From Psammoneis japonica (taxonomy: Eukaryota), in assembly GCA_008632985.1 (NCBI GenBank), contig QPGO01000032.1:183330-247329 (forward strand): 64,000 nucleotides of DNA, read 5' to 3'. The translations under genes and the position numbers were made by a program. The notes under the pieces were generated by a model that did not search any database, was not told the origin of the DNA, and was given only the letters and a program-made list of their open reading frames with translations. This document shows positions 11,814 to 23,877 of this stretch, piece after piece; the first letter of the stretch is position 1, and each line of letters starts with the position of its first letter.

Positions 11814-12585
11814 AGGATTGACATGGTGGAACCCGAAATGGCCTTTGCAGACTTGGACTCTGCCATGGACAATGCCGAAGCCATGCTCAAATCGGTTGTG
11901 TCGCATGTCCTTGACACATGTGAGTCGGACTTGACGTTTTTCCAAAAGTTTAACGATAAGAATCTCAAGAAACGATTGGAAAAGCTAGAGTGGCTCAGCC
12001 GTTTGCACGTGTGTCGTATCGTGATACTATTGGATTTCTTCAAGAGGAAATTGCCAAGGATCCTTCCAAGTTGCAGTTTCCCGAAGTGGATATTGGCACA
12101 GACCTGGCAACTGAGCACGAGCGGGGTTGCCGGAGACAAAGTTCGACAGCGCCGTCTTTGTGTACAACTATCCCAAGAGTATCAAGGCCTTTTTACATGT
12201 GCGACAATGACGAGGATGGCTGGGAGACTGTGAATGCCATGGGCCTCCTCGTGCCAGGTGTTGGAGAGTCAGTCGGAGGCAGTCAAAGAGTAAGTGATGC
12301 TCCCTGTGCGTTTTCTGTCTTTTTTACTATGTTCTGCGCTCATCGTTTTCCTTTGTTAATGGCCACATTTTAGGAGGAACGCTGATGTGTTGGAGGCAAA
12401 ATTGGCTGAGTAAGATTTGGACCCGGGAGACCATTTGGTGATAAATGGATCTGAGGCGACACGGCTCTGTTTCGCATGCGGGGTATGGTCTCGGTTTTGA
12501 ACGCTTGGTAACTTACGTACGCGGTATCGAGAACATTCGCGATGCGATTGCATTCCCAAGAAATCCGGGAAACGCCGAATTCTAA
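11814..12585 (+). pseudogene. Asparaginyl-tRNA synthetase 3' fragment, frameshifted, with retained intron (12290-12373)
   Basis: Motifs [48 protein letters not shown] and [11 protein letters not shown]…[19 protein letters not shown] are spread over several frames. The 5' half is absent. Confidence 0.9.
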
Positions 12586-12699
12586 ACTAGTTTCGCCGAA
12601 GATACCTTTGCGTACAACATGTTTCACATGTAAAAACTTTCTAGCTTAGGGCCCAAGCTTGATGTCTGCTGCAAGCATAAAGTGCCCTCGAGCTAGGGC

Positions 12700-13902
12700 C
12701 TATGCATCGTCGCGCTTTCGTTTACGGTTGTGCTGACATCCATGTGGAGCCACCCCTTGTTGCCGCTGAAAGATATCCGGCCTCTCTCTAATCATCCCAA
12801 ACATCAAACTGGGGTGAGTACTGATTGATTTCTTGGACAAGACAATCGGCCACAAAGCGACCGGCATGGATACATCACCCACGTGCTGACGCCCCAGACG
12901 ATTTAGACAGCAATAGAAACTAATCTGTTTGGCCATTTCCGATACTTGGACATTCTCCACATTCGAAGCTACTTTGAGGTAAGAAATGGTTCAGTTGTGA
13001 TCTCTGACTGCCTCCAATAAAGCCGAAACTCCTCTACTGTCAATCGCATTATGGCATAAATCCAACATGGCTAGGCTCGTGTTATCTTGGAGGCCATGTG
13101 CCAGAACCTCGGCGCCATCACTGGTGATATGGCAATGTCGAAGGAGAACAGCTTTCTTGTTCTTCAAAAGTTTTCCAAGGGACAAAGCTGCACTGGTCCC
13201 AACAAAGTTACGCGACAAATAAAGAAGTTGCACGCTTGTATTGTACATCAGCTCTTCCGCAAGCATGCATACACTACTATCATCGAGTCCTTCGAGGCGC
13301 AACGCTCTTAGCGACGTATTGTTGCGTAACGCTGTGGCCAACGCCTGCCATCCCAGAAATGTGACATCTTTCGACGAGAACCAAAACACTTTCAGTTTAA
13401 AGAAAGGATTTGCCAGCAAGTCATTGGAGATGTGTGTGAGCCCTTCATCTCCAATGCAGCAACGCCTAAGGTCAAGGCGCCCCAGGTTTGATGCTGCTGC
13501 TTCTCCAGAATACGCTCTCGACAAGCCCCGGACCAGCTCTGCGGCTCCCTCATTTCCAATTCTAATGCGGATAAAATAAACCTCTCTGACGTTTTTCAGG
13601 TTTGGCGCTAGAGCACGTACCCCGCGCCAAGTTATGCCGGCTGTTTGGCTCAAGAGGACGGGCTCATGAGAATATCCCAATCTATTTATAAGATGTGGGT
13701 TCGGAAAGGAATTTCTCTGCATCAGAGCCAAGCCCAACGCTTCGACACCATCATCACCAATGTCAAACCAACGACGTGTAACTTCCACAAACGATGGTTC
13801 ATTTGAGGCTATTCGATAACTTTCTCGAATTAGCCACTGTGGCAGGTTCTGGTTAAGAACCCGAATGGATCGCCGACGCGGTGCCTGGGAGCTCGTGTCC
13901 AT
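12700..13902 (-). pseudogene. RNI-like leucine-rich-repeat protein with one in-frame TGA at 12991-12993
   Basis: LRR repeats such as LGRLDLRRCCIGDEG, LYLSRNFVG and LAMLDLCHNAIDSRG. Reading through the TGA continues in frame (DHN*TISYLKVASNVEN…LNRLGRQ…VALWPIVL…LMFGMIRERPD) into a C-terminus of the kind common in diatom LRR proteins. Confidence 0.75.
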
Positions 13903-14053
13903 TCTTCGATTGAAACTGCGTCAGCAAAAGTTGTGTTATCTCTTTCTTTGTACTGTTTGCAGGTGAAAGATGTTAGAGCACTGCTCTGATAAACAATGCG
14001 CCTCGAACACCGAGCGCGGGGGGTCATAGACCTATGGTATGATGTGAATCGAT

Positions 14054-14146
14054 GTCGTGAGTCGTGAGCCGTGAGACGTGAGCCGTGTGAGATAGACGTG
14101 AGACGTGAGACGCGTGAGCCGTCATCGTGAGTCGTGAGTCGTGAGC
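14054..14146. repeat. Heptamer tandem array (CGTGAGN)n upstream of the LRR gene
   Basis: gtcgtgagtcgtgagccgtgagacgtgagccgtg…cgtgagtcgtgagtcgtgagc. Confidence 0.85.
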
Positions 14147-14215
14147 AGCACGCTCATGAAGAATTTCAAATTATCGACTTCGGCTGGTCAAATTCCAAAT
14201 TCCAAAACATTTAAG

Positions 14216-16968
14216 GATGGATCTACGTGCTGTGGTCTGTTTTCTGGAAGCTCGTAATTTTTGTAAAATAACCCGGGTCCTTCACACTAAACACTCGCGT
14301 TCGCCAAAAATAAAATTTCGGCGACAGGTCGAACTTTGTCCACTTGAGGGGGTCGGGGGTCATCATTTGCTGCTTTTTTTTTTGGCTCGAATCAGACCGA
14401 ACAGCTCGTGATTTGCACGATTTTTCCTGACCTTCACTGTGGTGAAAACATCAAGCCACAAGTCTGTGACAGAGGTGGTCCATCTGTCAACTCTTGTTCA
14501 TTTCATGTTCATTGTGTGTGTCATTGAGGGCGGAGGACAACCGCTGCATTTCTGAGCTGTGCCAGCATTGCCGTCATTGTCGCGACGCTTCAATCGTGGT
14601 GCCTGATGTTCTTGTTTTCATGCATGATTGGGGGTAAATGCAAAAACAGTTTTTGCACCAAAAAATGACCACCACAAATGTCGTCCTTGTTCAAACGCCA
14701 CATGGCAGCTCTGGGACAAACACGGGGATGCCCCCCCACTGCCCAAAAAGACACCATGACATGATGCACAAACAGCTGTTGCTTGTGAGCATGTGCAATT
14801 TTTGCCTTGTTGTCAACTGCAAATGTGCCCACAGCCAGTCAAATGCCAAGAACACACCCCAGATGCAGGTGGGTGGGAATCCGTGTGACATTGGGCCCAC
14901 AGAATTTTGCGTGTGAGCTTCGCAATGAAATCATTGGGCAATGACAGTGTCAATGATCACCAACAGAAAATGAGGCAATTTTTCACATGCACAAACTCGT
15001 CCATGACTGAAGTGCATCATTTTTCACTTTGTCAGGCACGTTCTTCAGACATTAAAGAATGCAACTGGCACATTGTTGTCCCCACAAATTTGTCAATTGA
15101 AGCATCTGGGGCTTTGCAAAACAGCGAGTCTGGAACAATTTTTTGGAGTGTCACATGCAGAAATGTGCATGCAAAAATGCAATGGATGACAAAAAACAAT
15201 CATGTCACACATTGGTGCTGCAAGCTCCCATCCAGGCTGGAGTGTGTCTGCCACTTGTCGGGCATGGACCCACAAGTGGCATTTGGAGCTTTGAACATGC
15301 AGAACTTGTGCCAGTGCAACAGCCCTGAGAAGGGCTTGATGAGTGCACAAGAGTGCTTGGGGGGTCTCTGAGGCAGCAGGTCAAAACAATGCAGTGAAGT
15401 GTGGGAAATGCAAGCCATTTTGAGCTGGACCAAAGCACGCAGATTTGTCCTCAACATCATCTGCTGAGTGCTTGCAACAGGCACGCTGGTCACACTGCAC
15501 AAAGCAAGCACCATCAGCCACAACAAAATGCAAAACCAAGCAACCAGTGTCAGCACAACAACAATGGGTGGCTTTGTCCATCATTCAGCATTTTGCCACT
15601 CTTTGCATGCAGAAGTGTTTGGATCATTGACGGTGAGTTCAAGAAGTCAAAAGCAAGTGGTCCATTGCCCAAATTGGCTGGGGAGAAAACTGGCTCTGGC
15701 TCTGGTGGCTCTTTGCTTTTGTTTGTTTCACACAGACATGCTGCACAGCAGAAAGAAGCTTGGCAAGGTGTGTTGTCATCTCATGCTGGGCACTGGCACA
15801 TTTGATTGCCTTGTGTCCTCCACCTGCTTTTTTTGACATGGGGCCCACTTCAGTGTGAGTGGGCCGGACCGGCGCAGTTTCCCCAAGGCAACATGCAAAT
15901 GTGCACAATGCAGGGACTCCTCTTTTCTTCTCAAATGAGCCTTGGCAGACCCACCTGCAATCTGTGCCTGTCCATTTTCAATTTGTAGTCTGCTCATTTT
16001 CAATTTTTGATGGGCCAAAGCACAGGCAAAATGAGTGGAAACATGGCTCCATGCAGCACCCTGGACCTTTGGGGCTGGTGCCACCATTGCAGGACTTCCA
16101 CTCATGGGTTGATGGTTGAGATTTTGGCACATTTTCCCCCTTGTTGGCCGTTGTGCATCATCCTGCTGACTCTGTCTCCTTTTTGTTTTCGCGTGGTGCG
16201 TGTTCCAGCTGCTTGACAACTGAAGTTTTTGATGTGTTCCAGCGGCACACAAACCAAAGTGTGCACAAAAACAAAACATTTACATGATTTTCATGGGGTC
16301 TCTGACTTGCAAACAAGCTTTCGCCACCAAAATCACAGATTCGTCCAAATTTTTGTGTTTTGCAACACTGACAAGACCAGCGTCAGGGTTGCAACATCAT
16401 TGCTTTTTTGCACAGCCAATGTTTTTTCATTGCGTCAAACAAGTTGCAACACAGTGGGTGATTTTGCCAAATTTTTTGATGATTCACGCTGCACTGCGGT
16501 TTGGAGGTTGACACAAAATGTTTCTGTGTTTGCACATTTTGCAGCAGTGGCCCACTTGCACAAAATTCTCTGCAAAAAGAGAAAAAATTTTGCAACATGT
16601 GTCCCATGAAGACTTCAACACCGGTGAAAAATTTGCTCAAATGTGCACACTGTGATTGAACACAAAAGCCAGAGTGCACATGCAACATTTTGTGTGTTGT
16701 TGCCCAAAGAGCAGCTGTGTGCAACATGATGTCGAAAGTCAAACGGCCACAGGTGCTGAGTTTCAGGCCTCCAAATAGAGATGCGCCACAACGCTTTGTC
16801 ATTTTTTTTGTGCATTGGAGGTGCTGTTGGTGCGGCAACATTGCAGACTGCAAGTCGCCGCACGACCGTCAGGAGGAAAGGGGTCCCGGCTTTTTGCAAG
16901 TGTTCGCGAATTCTCGAGCAGCAGACAGACAAATCATGCTCAGCTTGTTGCTTGTTGCACCAGTGCTG
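14216..16968. mobile_element. Degenerate TE insertion (TpA-depleted), host of a MITE copy
   Basis: TA is nearly absent from ~14330 to 16968 between two normal genes. No intact ORF. The left end is uncertain and the family was not identified. Confidence 0.7.
14848..15248 (-). mobile_element. ~400-bp MITE, most degenerate copy (subfamily A)
   Basis: Collinear with 28103-28498 (gtgggaatccgtgtgacattgggccc…aaaatgaggcaattt…aacagcgagtctgg…). Termini are eroded and the left boundary is approximate. Confidence 0.85.
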
Positions 16969-17248
16969 TAGAGAGGGCTGCCCTCTATGGCACTCTAGCT
17001 AGAGTGGCTCTCTCTCTCTACCTGCTCTCTCTAGAGGGCCCTAGAGAGCTAGAGAGTGCCTCATTGGGTTCAGTGCGGAGGAGACGCGGTGCGACATCGT
17101 GGGCATCAACGGCTGACGGTCGAGCGAGCGAGCCGGCCGGCCGCGCGCGATCTTCGATCGGCGTGGTCTGTTTTGCGTTCGCGCGGATAGATCGTGCTTT
17201 CCTCTCTCTTTTGTCATTCTCAACAGCTTCTTTCTTGCAACTTCGACG

Positions 17249-20200
17249 ATGACGAGCTATCCCTGGCCGCCGCCACCACCCCCTGGAGGCCAGATGCCAT
17301 ATCAGCATCACAGCGGCAGTCAGGCTCCACCTCCACCGCCCCGCGTTGGCTCATCGTCCAGTGCAGACCATCCGCCAGCGGCTTCAACAAATCACGGTCA
17401 TCAAGGTGTTAGAGCACATCCTCCTCCTTCAATGCCACCTCCTCCGCCTCCGCCAGGGCATCATCAACAGCATATCCATAGAGGTAACGCACCTTTACCA
17501 TCTCCTCCATCTTTTCAGGCTCAAAATTCTGCTCCTGCTCCGATACCTTCAACAGCGCCTCCGCCGTATCTTGCGACGGGTCAGGCGCAACATCACATAC
17601 CGTCTACAAGTCATCACACAGTGCCGCCACCACCTCCGCCGCCCCCTCCTCCTCACCATGGCATAGCTCCACCTCCTCCCGTATCTCATCCTTATGGAAG
17701 CATACCGCCACCATTGAACGGCATGCCACCACCACCGCAGAATAATGTTGGAATCCGATCACCTGTGCATCCTCCCATGAACGGTTTTCAGACGCCAGCA
17801 CCTCCTCAACATCGAGTGCCACCACCACCACCTCCTCCTCCTCCAGCTGCCAATCATTATGGACATCCGCCGCCACCACAGCATGGAGTTCCTCCTCCGG
17901 GGCCTCCACCACATGCACACACACCTTCAGGGCAACATGTACCGCCGCCAGCACCAAGACCTCATCCTCCAGCTTATCCACCGCAGCAGCATCAAGAACG
18001 ACCAAAGATTGATCCTTCTCAAATCCCTCGATGTCCCTTATTCACACGTCCTGGATTACCTGTTCCTATTTATTATCCAAAGCGGGTACTTGAGGAAGAA
18101 AAAGCTCTACCGCCTCCACCTGCCGATTCTCGTTTTCTGGTCGAGGACGATGGCAATGCTTCGCCGCAGCTCTTGCGGTCCACACTCTATGCCATTCCGG
18201 AAAGCAGCAATTTACAACGAAAAACGGGTATTGACATGGGATTGATATGTACGCCACTTGCCATTGTCAGTCAAGATTTCGTGCGTCAACCAAAAATTTT
18301 GCCAGACGGGACAACCGCAATCAATACGAATCCTCAGCGAGTTCCAGTCCTCCAAATGACAGACAGCAATGGCCCGACACGTTGTCCACGGTGCCAGGCT
18401 TATGCGAACCCCTTTTGGACAGGATGGGACTGTAACTTTTGTAGATCTCGACACGGCCACAGTGATATATCGGGACCGGCGTTTCAATATGGAACAGTTG
18501 AATATGAAGTCGGAGGTCCGTATGTAATTCGAAATCAACCAGTGGAACCTATCGTCCTTTACGCCATTGACGCCAACATGCCAGACATTGCGTTAGTCAT
18601 TCAAACGATTCGACATGTGGGCAATGCCCTCTCTCAGCAATGGCAAGCACAGCAACCAGTCCACACAGCAGCTACTGTCAAGCCAAGAATTGGATGCTGT
18701 CTCGTTTCAGACAAGGGCATTTATATTCTTGGATACAAGTCGAACGGAGACGCAACACTTTGCATCATGCCGGACGTGTTGGAGGATCCATTTTGTCCGC
18801 TTCCAATATCGGAATGGACCTTTGACTTATCGACACCACTAGGATGCGACAATTGGAATCGCGCTGCCGAGTCGTTTTGGGATACTCTGAAACCCCTCGT
18901 CGCCAAGACTACCAATAACGTCTTTTCGCCCGGGGGTGCAGCGTTGGCCACCCTGGTGGATGCACTTCAAGAATCCGGCGGTCGAGCGGTATGGATTTCA
19001 AATCAGCGGCCCAATGTCGGTGTCGGAGCCATTCGTGACCGTGAAATGAAAAAGATTGAGGGCTACACCAAATCTGCGACGGAAAAAGCTCTCTTTTCCC
19101 CTCTTCAACGGCAGCAACATCTGTCCAACAAGGCCGACATGGAAGCGGCTCACTTCTACAAGATGCTCGGAGAAACAAGCGTGAAGAATCGGGTGAGTAT
19201 CGACATTTGTCTCATTACACAAGAAGTAATACCACCGAGCTTTCTGGACCTTGCCACGTTGAGCGAATTGTGTCGCGTATCGTGTGGGAGACTCAAGTGG
19301 ATTCGGGGACACCATGCATGGCGAGAACAGTTACAGGAGGAATTGTGGTGAGTGATTTGGCTGCGTCGTCAGTGTTGTTGATTGGTGTATTCTGACGCCG
19401 CGGTGTTCCGTTTCTGCTTCCTACTATTACGCAGTCGGCATGTGTTGGCTTTCAGTGGCGGCGACGCTGTTTTTAAAGTGCGTTGCTCAGAAGGACTGGA
19501 GGTCAAGTCCTACATGTCATCTACAGCTCCGGGTATGACCTTTTCAAGCGGAGGTATCGGAAGCTCACCAGAACTGGAAATGCCCATTGTTTGTCCAGAC
19601 ACTTGCGTTGCCGTCGAGCTCGAACATCGGGTCGGAGGCGTACCGTCGGCATGTAAAACTATCTTTTTCCAATCTGCTCTGCTGTATACAACAACCATGG
19701 GACAGCGACGCGTACGAGTTTCGACCCTTGCGATCCGCAAGGCCACTACTGTGGCTCAAACTTTCCGATCCGCAGATTTCAGTGCAATTACGGCCATGTT
19801 AACACGACAAGCCATTCGGCACGTGTGGGAAGATAAGGACGAGAACGGAAGAAGTCTAAGTGGCGCCCGCCACGAGCTGAAGCAAAAATGCATCACAATG
19901 CTTTCCAACTATAGACTACACACGACAGCAAAGAACAGCCCACTCGGACAACTCATTCTTCCGGAAACGATCCAACTACTTCCTCTGTTTTGCATGAGTG
20001 TCGTCAAGAGTGACATGTTCCGTGCAAGTCTCCCGAAACGCGACTTGGGCCTGCACGTCGATCACCCGTCGCCAACTGCGGACGATCGAGCCTTTGCCTT
20101 GTATCACGGATCATCCGTTCATCCCTCCCTCGCAATGCTCATGGTGCATCCCAATGCTTTCTTGATAAGTAACTTGCGTGACGGCTCAGGTGACTGGCAA

Positions 20201-20701
20201 ATGCCGTCGTCGGATGTCCAGCCGTCGTCGGAAATGCAGAGGGCAGCGCTTGAGCCTTATATCCAGCTTCCGCAATCCACGCATTTGAGCATCTCGCTTT
20301 TTGAGGACGATGGGATTTACCTTATTGATAATGGTCTCACCCTATTTGTCCATGTCGGAAAGGACGTTTCTCAGGATGTATGCGATGAATTATTTATTAG
20401 CAGTGGATCTGGACCAACGGACTTGTCAATATCGCAAACCTCCGACTTTGGACAACATGTGCTTCGACTGATTTGGCAAATGAGAACATATTGTTCGGTT
20501 GGCGGTGGAAGTGAGTCGGTAGTTCGTCCGACTTTTGCACCCGTCGTTGTTGTCTTCGCCGAGCGTGGCGAAGCTGATCCGTACGAAGAAACTATCTTGA
20601 CGCTCATGGTTGATGACACTGTCAAGAGCGAAGATGGCTATGTTGAGTTTCTCTGTGCACTCCACAGAGGAATTAAGGCACATATCAGTAAAGCATCGTA
20701 G
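17249..20701 (+). CDS. SEC24: COPII coat subunit Sec24 (Sec24C/D-like); 2 exons (17249-19347, 19435-20701)
   Basis: Pro-rich N-terminus, KIDPSQIPR, DDGNASPQLLRST, zinc finger RCPRCQAYANPF…WDCNFC, GTVEY, FQSALLYTTTMGQRRVRVST, GQLILPETIQLLPL, gelsolin-like DGIYLIDNG and YVEFLCALH. The GTGAGT…GCAG intron at 19348-19434 joins the frames. Confidence 0.95.
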
Positions 20702-20837
20702 TGGATGTGCAGTATCGTTAAAAAGACCACGCCACGGTGAACTTGAAAGTGTAGACTTCTTGAAGGAAACAACAACTTGAAATCGAGAGAATGGTATGCC
20801 TTCTCTAGAGTCTATCTTCTTGTCTTCGCGCCACTTT

Positions 20838-21778
20838 GAGGCCAACCCTAGCCGAGCGAAAAAAGAAAATGAAAAAGAGCCAACCTCAACTCTTTTTTCA
20901 TTTTGTCGTTTTGGTGACCTAACCGGCGTGAAAATTAAAAAGCTAAATATCCGGGTGTCTTGGGCATTCTGATGATAAGCAAAGCGAGAGGCCTCACACG
21001 ACAGTGAAGATGACGACCATAACGGCATCGAAGTTCTACCTTATGACAATGAGAATAACACCATTAGAACCTCCATTTTTTTCTTAGTCGGTGGGTGCTA
21101 TTTCTTTTTTTGTTCAGTGCAAATACAACAGGCTAATGGGATGACTTAAGTGGTTGTCAAGTGGAAAGTTTTTGTACACTTCTCGGGCCATTTCGAGCCC
21201 CTAATCTAAAATCAAACAACATAAGAATAGCCCCATTGAATAAGTCGTATCTAAATTAGTCAGTATGGTTATTTCTGTGTCATAAAGATCTACTTTAGGG
21301 ACCTTATGTGTCGACTGTCTATGATGCACATCAAGACCGGCAACATCATTTGAAGACAAAAGGTCTGTTGTAGAAGAACTGCTACATACTTCACCAGTTC
21401 CTTCAAGAGATATATCATATCTATTTCAAATTATCAATTGGTGTTACTTATACAGTCATGACATTGAAAGAAGTCGTCAAAAACAATCACAGACCGCCAT
21501 GGCGACTTGATGATGCGGTGCGTGAGGCGAACTTTGGATTGCTTTACTGGTGTCCTACGTAAACCAAGACGCATGTACGAATTGTATGACAGCATGCGGC
21601 CCACATCACTCTTTTCTCTTTTTTTCACACTTCCGGGTTTGTGAAAAAAGAGTCGGACTCTTTTTTCGTTTCGGCCGAGTTGAAAAAGAGTCGAGGGTGA
21701 AAATCCGGGTAAGTTCGAGCTTTTCGAGCTATTTCGTCTTTTTCATTTTCTTTTTTTCGCTCGGTTAGGGTTGGCCTG
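20838..21778. mobile_element. Putative non-autonomous TIR element (~940 bp)
   Basis: aggccaaccctagccgagcgaaaaaagaaaatgaaaaaga (20839-) is the near-perfect reverse complement of tctttttcattttctttttttcgctcggttagggttggcct (-21777). Subterminal TGAAAAAAGAGT repeats. No TSD seen. Confidence 0.55.
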
Positions 21779-22000
21779 GAGAGGAGAGGGGAGCTGGCAA
21801 AAAACAGACGACGACTCTGGACGACCGTTGAGTAGCGAATGCATATTTTCGGATTCGTAGATTTCTGAATGCAATGACATTGGACCGTGTCTAAGCTACG
21901 AATGTCACGTAATATTGTAGTACAGTACCGTACCCGCGACGTGATGCACTTCGATTCGTTCGTGCCCGGTACGAACAGCGAAAACGAAAGAGCGAAGACG

Positions 22001-22421
22001 ATGGCTTATATTTCTGCGGACGGCAACGTCTCAAACAAACGCACAAAATGGAGATTTAGCATTGTAACAGATTTTATAAGAGGCATATTTGATGTCATCG
22101 CCCTCTTCTTTTCGGCGGTGACCCACCCTCCTCAACAGATCGAACGAGTAAGTTTTCTGCGGTAGTTTTCGATTCCTTTCTCTTTTTGTTGAATACCATT
22201 TTTGTATTTGATATATGTTTATTGAATCTAATTTTTCTTATTCAATTGCCATAAATTCAATCCAGAATCCACCTGCTTCTCGGTCGCGAAATCCCTACGC
22301 GGCGTCTTCGTCTTTTAGAGGAAGCGGCAATGCGTCAGGGCGAAGAAGTAACATTCGTGGAATGAAAAACATACAGGGAGATGCCGAAGCGAGGTGTGGG
22401 GGTGGAGGCTGAGGCAGGTAG
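22001..22421 (+). CDS. SELENOK: Selenoprotein K-like, 100 aa; 2 exons (22001-22147, 22266-22421); Sec = TGA 22410-22412
   Basis: N-terminus MAYISADGNV…WRFSIVTDFIRGIFDVIALFF (SelK N-terminus plus TM helix), G/R-rich tail and C-terminal GGGG-TGA-GR-TAG matching the SelK 'GGUGR*' end. A SECIS lies downstream. Confidence 0.9.
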
Positions 22422-22517
22422 ATTTTCTTGTCCTGTTCCCGGAACAGTGCAGGAAAATCGCTGCTACACACGCTTGTCACTTGGTGGAGGAGCATAAGTC
22501 TTGAGCATTACGGCTAC

Positions 22518-22592
22518 TCGCCGTGGAATGACGCAAATTATGCTAAGCAAGGACAATACCATCCTTGAGGTTATTTTGCTGATAGCATGCCA
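22518..22592 (+). promoter_or_regulatory. SECIS element (type II) in the SelK 3' UTR
   Basis: ATGAC (22528) … TGAT (22580) quartet, GCAAA/TTTGC helix, unpaired AA at 22545-22546 and a CAAGGA/TCCTTG apical mini-stem. Confidence 0.8.
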
Positions 22593-22684
22593 AGCATCTC
22601 TCGCAGAGAGACTCCGCTAGGTTTCTTTATTTGAACGATAACACATAGGTCCATGTTGTGACTGAAGCACTCTTTGGATCGGAA

Positions 22685-23812
22685 TCAAATTTCCATGCGT
22701 ATCGATATTGGCTCGTCTCGTTTGAGCAAGCTCCAAATGTCTTGCTCGATACTCTTCCGGAAATCGGCCACAAGCGTTTGGCACCATTCCAAATCATGCG
22801 TTAGCTTGTTAGCTTTTGTACGAATGGGAGACAATTGATCTTCGGCTTGTTTGACCTGTCGTTTAGCATCAGACATTCTTGAGCGTGATATCTTCAAGTT
22901 CGCAACGCTTTGTTCACGACACATTCCTTCCCACAATACCCATTTTGACAATGAATCGTTTGATCGTAGCTCGTCCAGAAGGGAGTTCACAGTACAAATT
23001 TGCTGGTCCAACTGTTCAGGGCTGTCGGGTGTCCCCTGAACCATGAGCGGCAGTGTCTTTCCCTTGGCGACTGAAGCATTGTCAAATCGTCGACCTTTCA
23101 GAAACGCCTCCAAAGCCTCGAGTTCCAGCATCAGTGTGCGGAAATCGGCAAAGTCTGAAATCTCCGTCAATGCTTCTGCATTCGTTATTTTCGATAGCAC
23201 GGGCAAGTTAGCCGGAGCTTTGATATTTCGATCCTCAAAGAACCTATCATGATAAAGAATAACCGGCTTTAGTTCGAGAACTGCACTCTTTGTAATGACA
23301 TTATGGACAAGCCCCATACATGAAGGCCGCAACTCCGTTTCCACCCAAGCATCAACAGACTTTGCCAGGTCATCAGTTTCCACGACAATATTCGAAGGGA
23401 TACCCAACATATCGCACAATCCTTCCCAATCGCTCTTGGCCTGTTCACGCCGGGTTTTGAATAGATCGACCTTTGCTAATGTTGCATCCGCTTGTGATGT
23501 TGCCTCCCGCACAAGATACTTCAAGGTAGATAGGTCTTGTGTCATGCAGGTATGCAATACAGAAAGTCTTTCCAGAATTCCAGCACTGCTTCCGTCAGAC
23601 ATGACCTTGCGAATAGCTGCATCTCGTGGCAAAAACAAAAGATCACGATGCTGCGTTTCGCTTATAGACGGGGCATCTAATGGCGGCGTCTCTGCTTTCT
23701 CATTCGATGGCGCGAGTCCTTGATCTTCCAAATACCATTTCCATTCCTGCGCACTCATATCAAGACTTTCAACAGCATCGATGGAATAATCTGCAGCTTC
23801 TCCATCACCCAT
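22685..23812 (-). CDS. CDK5RAP3 (C53)-like coiled-coil protein
   Basis: Intact 375-aa ORF. FRTLMLELEALEAFLKGR and the C-terminal FRKSIEQDIWSLLKRDEPISI resemble CDK5RAP3 conserved blocks as I recall them. Divergent. Confidence 0.55.
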   Translation of the reverse strand: MGDGEAADYSIDAVESLDMSAQEWKWYLEDQGLAPSNEKAETPPLDAPSISETQHRDLLFLPRDAAIRKVMSDGSSAGILERLSVLHTCMTQDLSTLKYLVREATSQADATLAKVDLFKTRREQAKSDWEGLCDMLGIPSNIVVETDDLAKSVDAWVETELRPSCMGLVHNVITKSAVLELKPVILYHDRFFEDRNIKAPANLPVLSKITNAEALTEISDFADFRTLMLELEALEAFLKGRRFDNASVAKGKTLPLMVQGTPDSPEQLDQQICTVNSLLDELRSNDSLSKWVLWEGMCREQSVANLKISRSRMSDAKRQVKQAEDQLSPIRTKANKLTHDLEWCQTLVADFRKSIEQDIWSLLKRDEPISIRMEI

Positions 23813-23842
23813 GATTGCACACCAAGGATACTCTAGCTAGTT

Positions 23843-23877
23843 GTCGAAGGTCGCAGGTCGCAGGTCGCAGGTCGCGG
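23843..23877. repeat. Heptamer tandem repeat (GTCGCAG)x5
   Basis: gtcgaag gtcgcag gtcgcag gtcgcag gtcgcgg, about 30 bp upstream of the minus-strand ATG at 23812. Confidence 0.85.
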
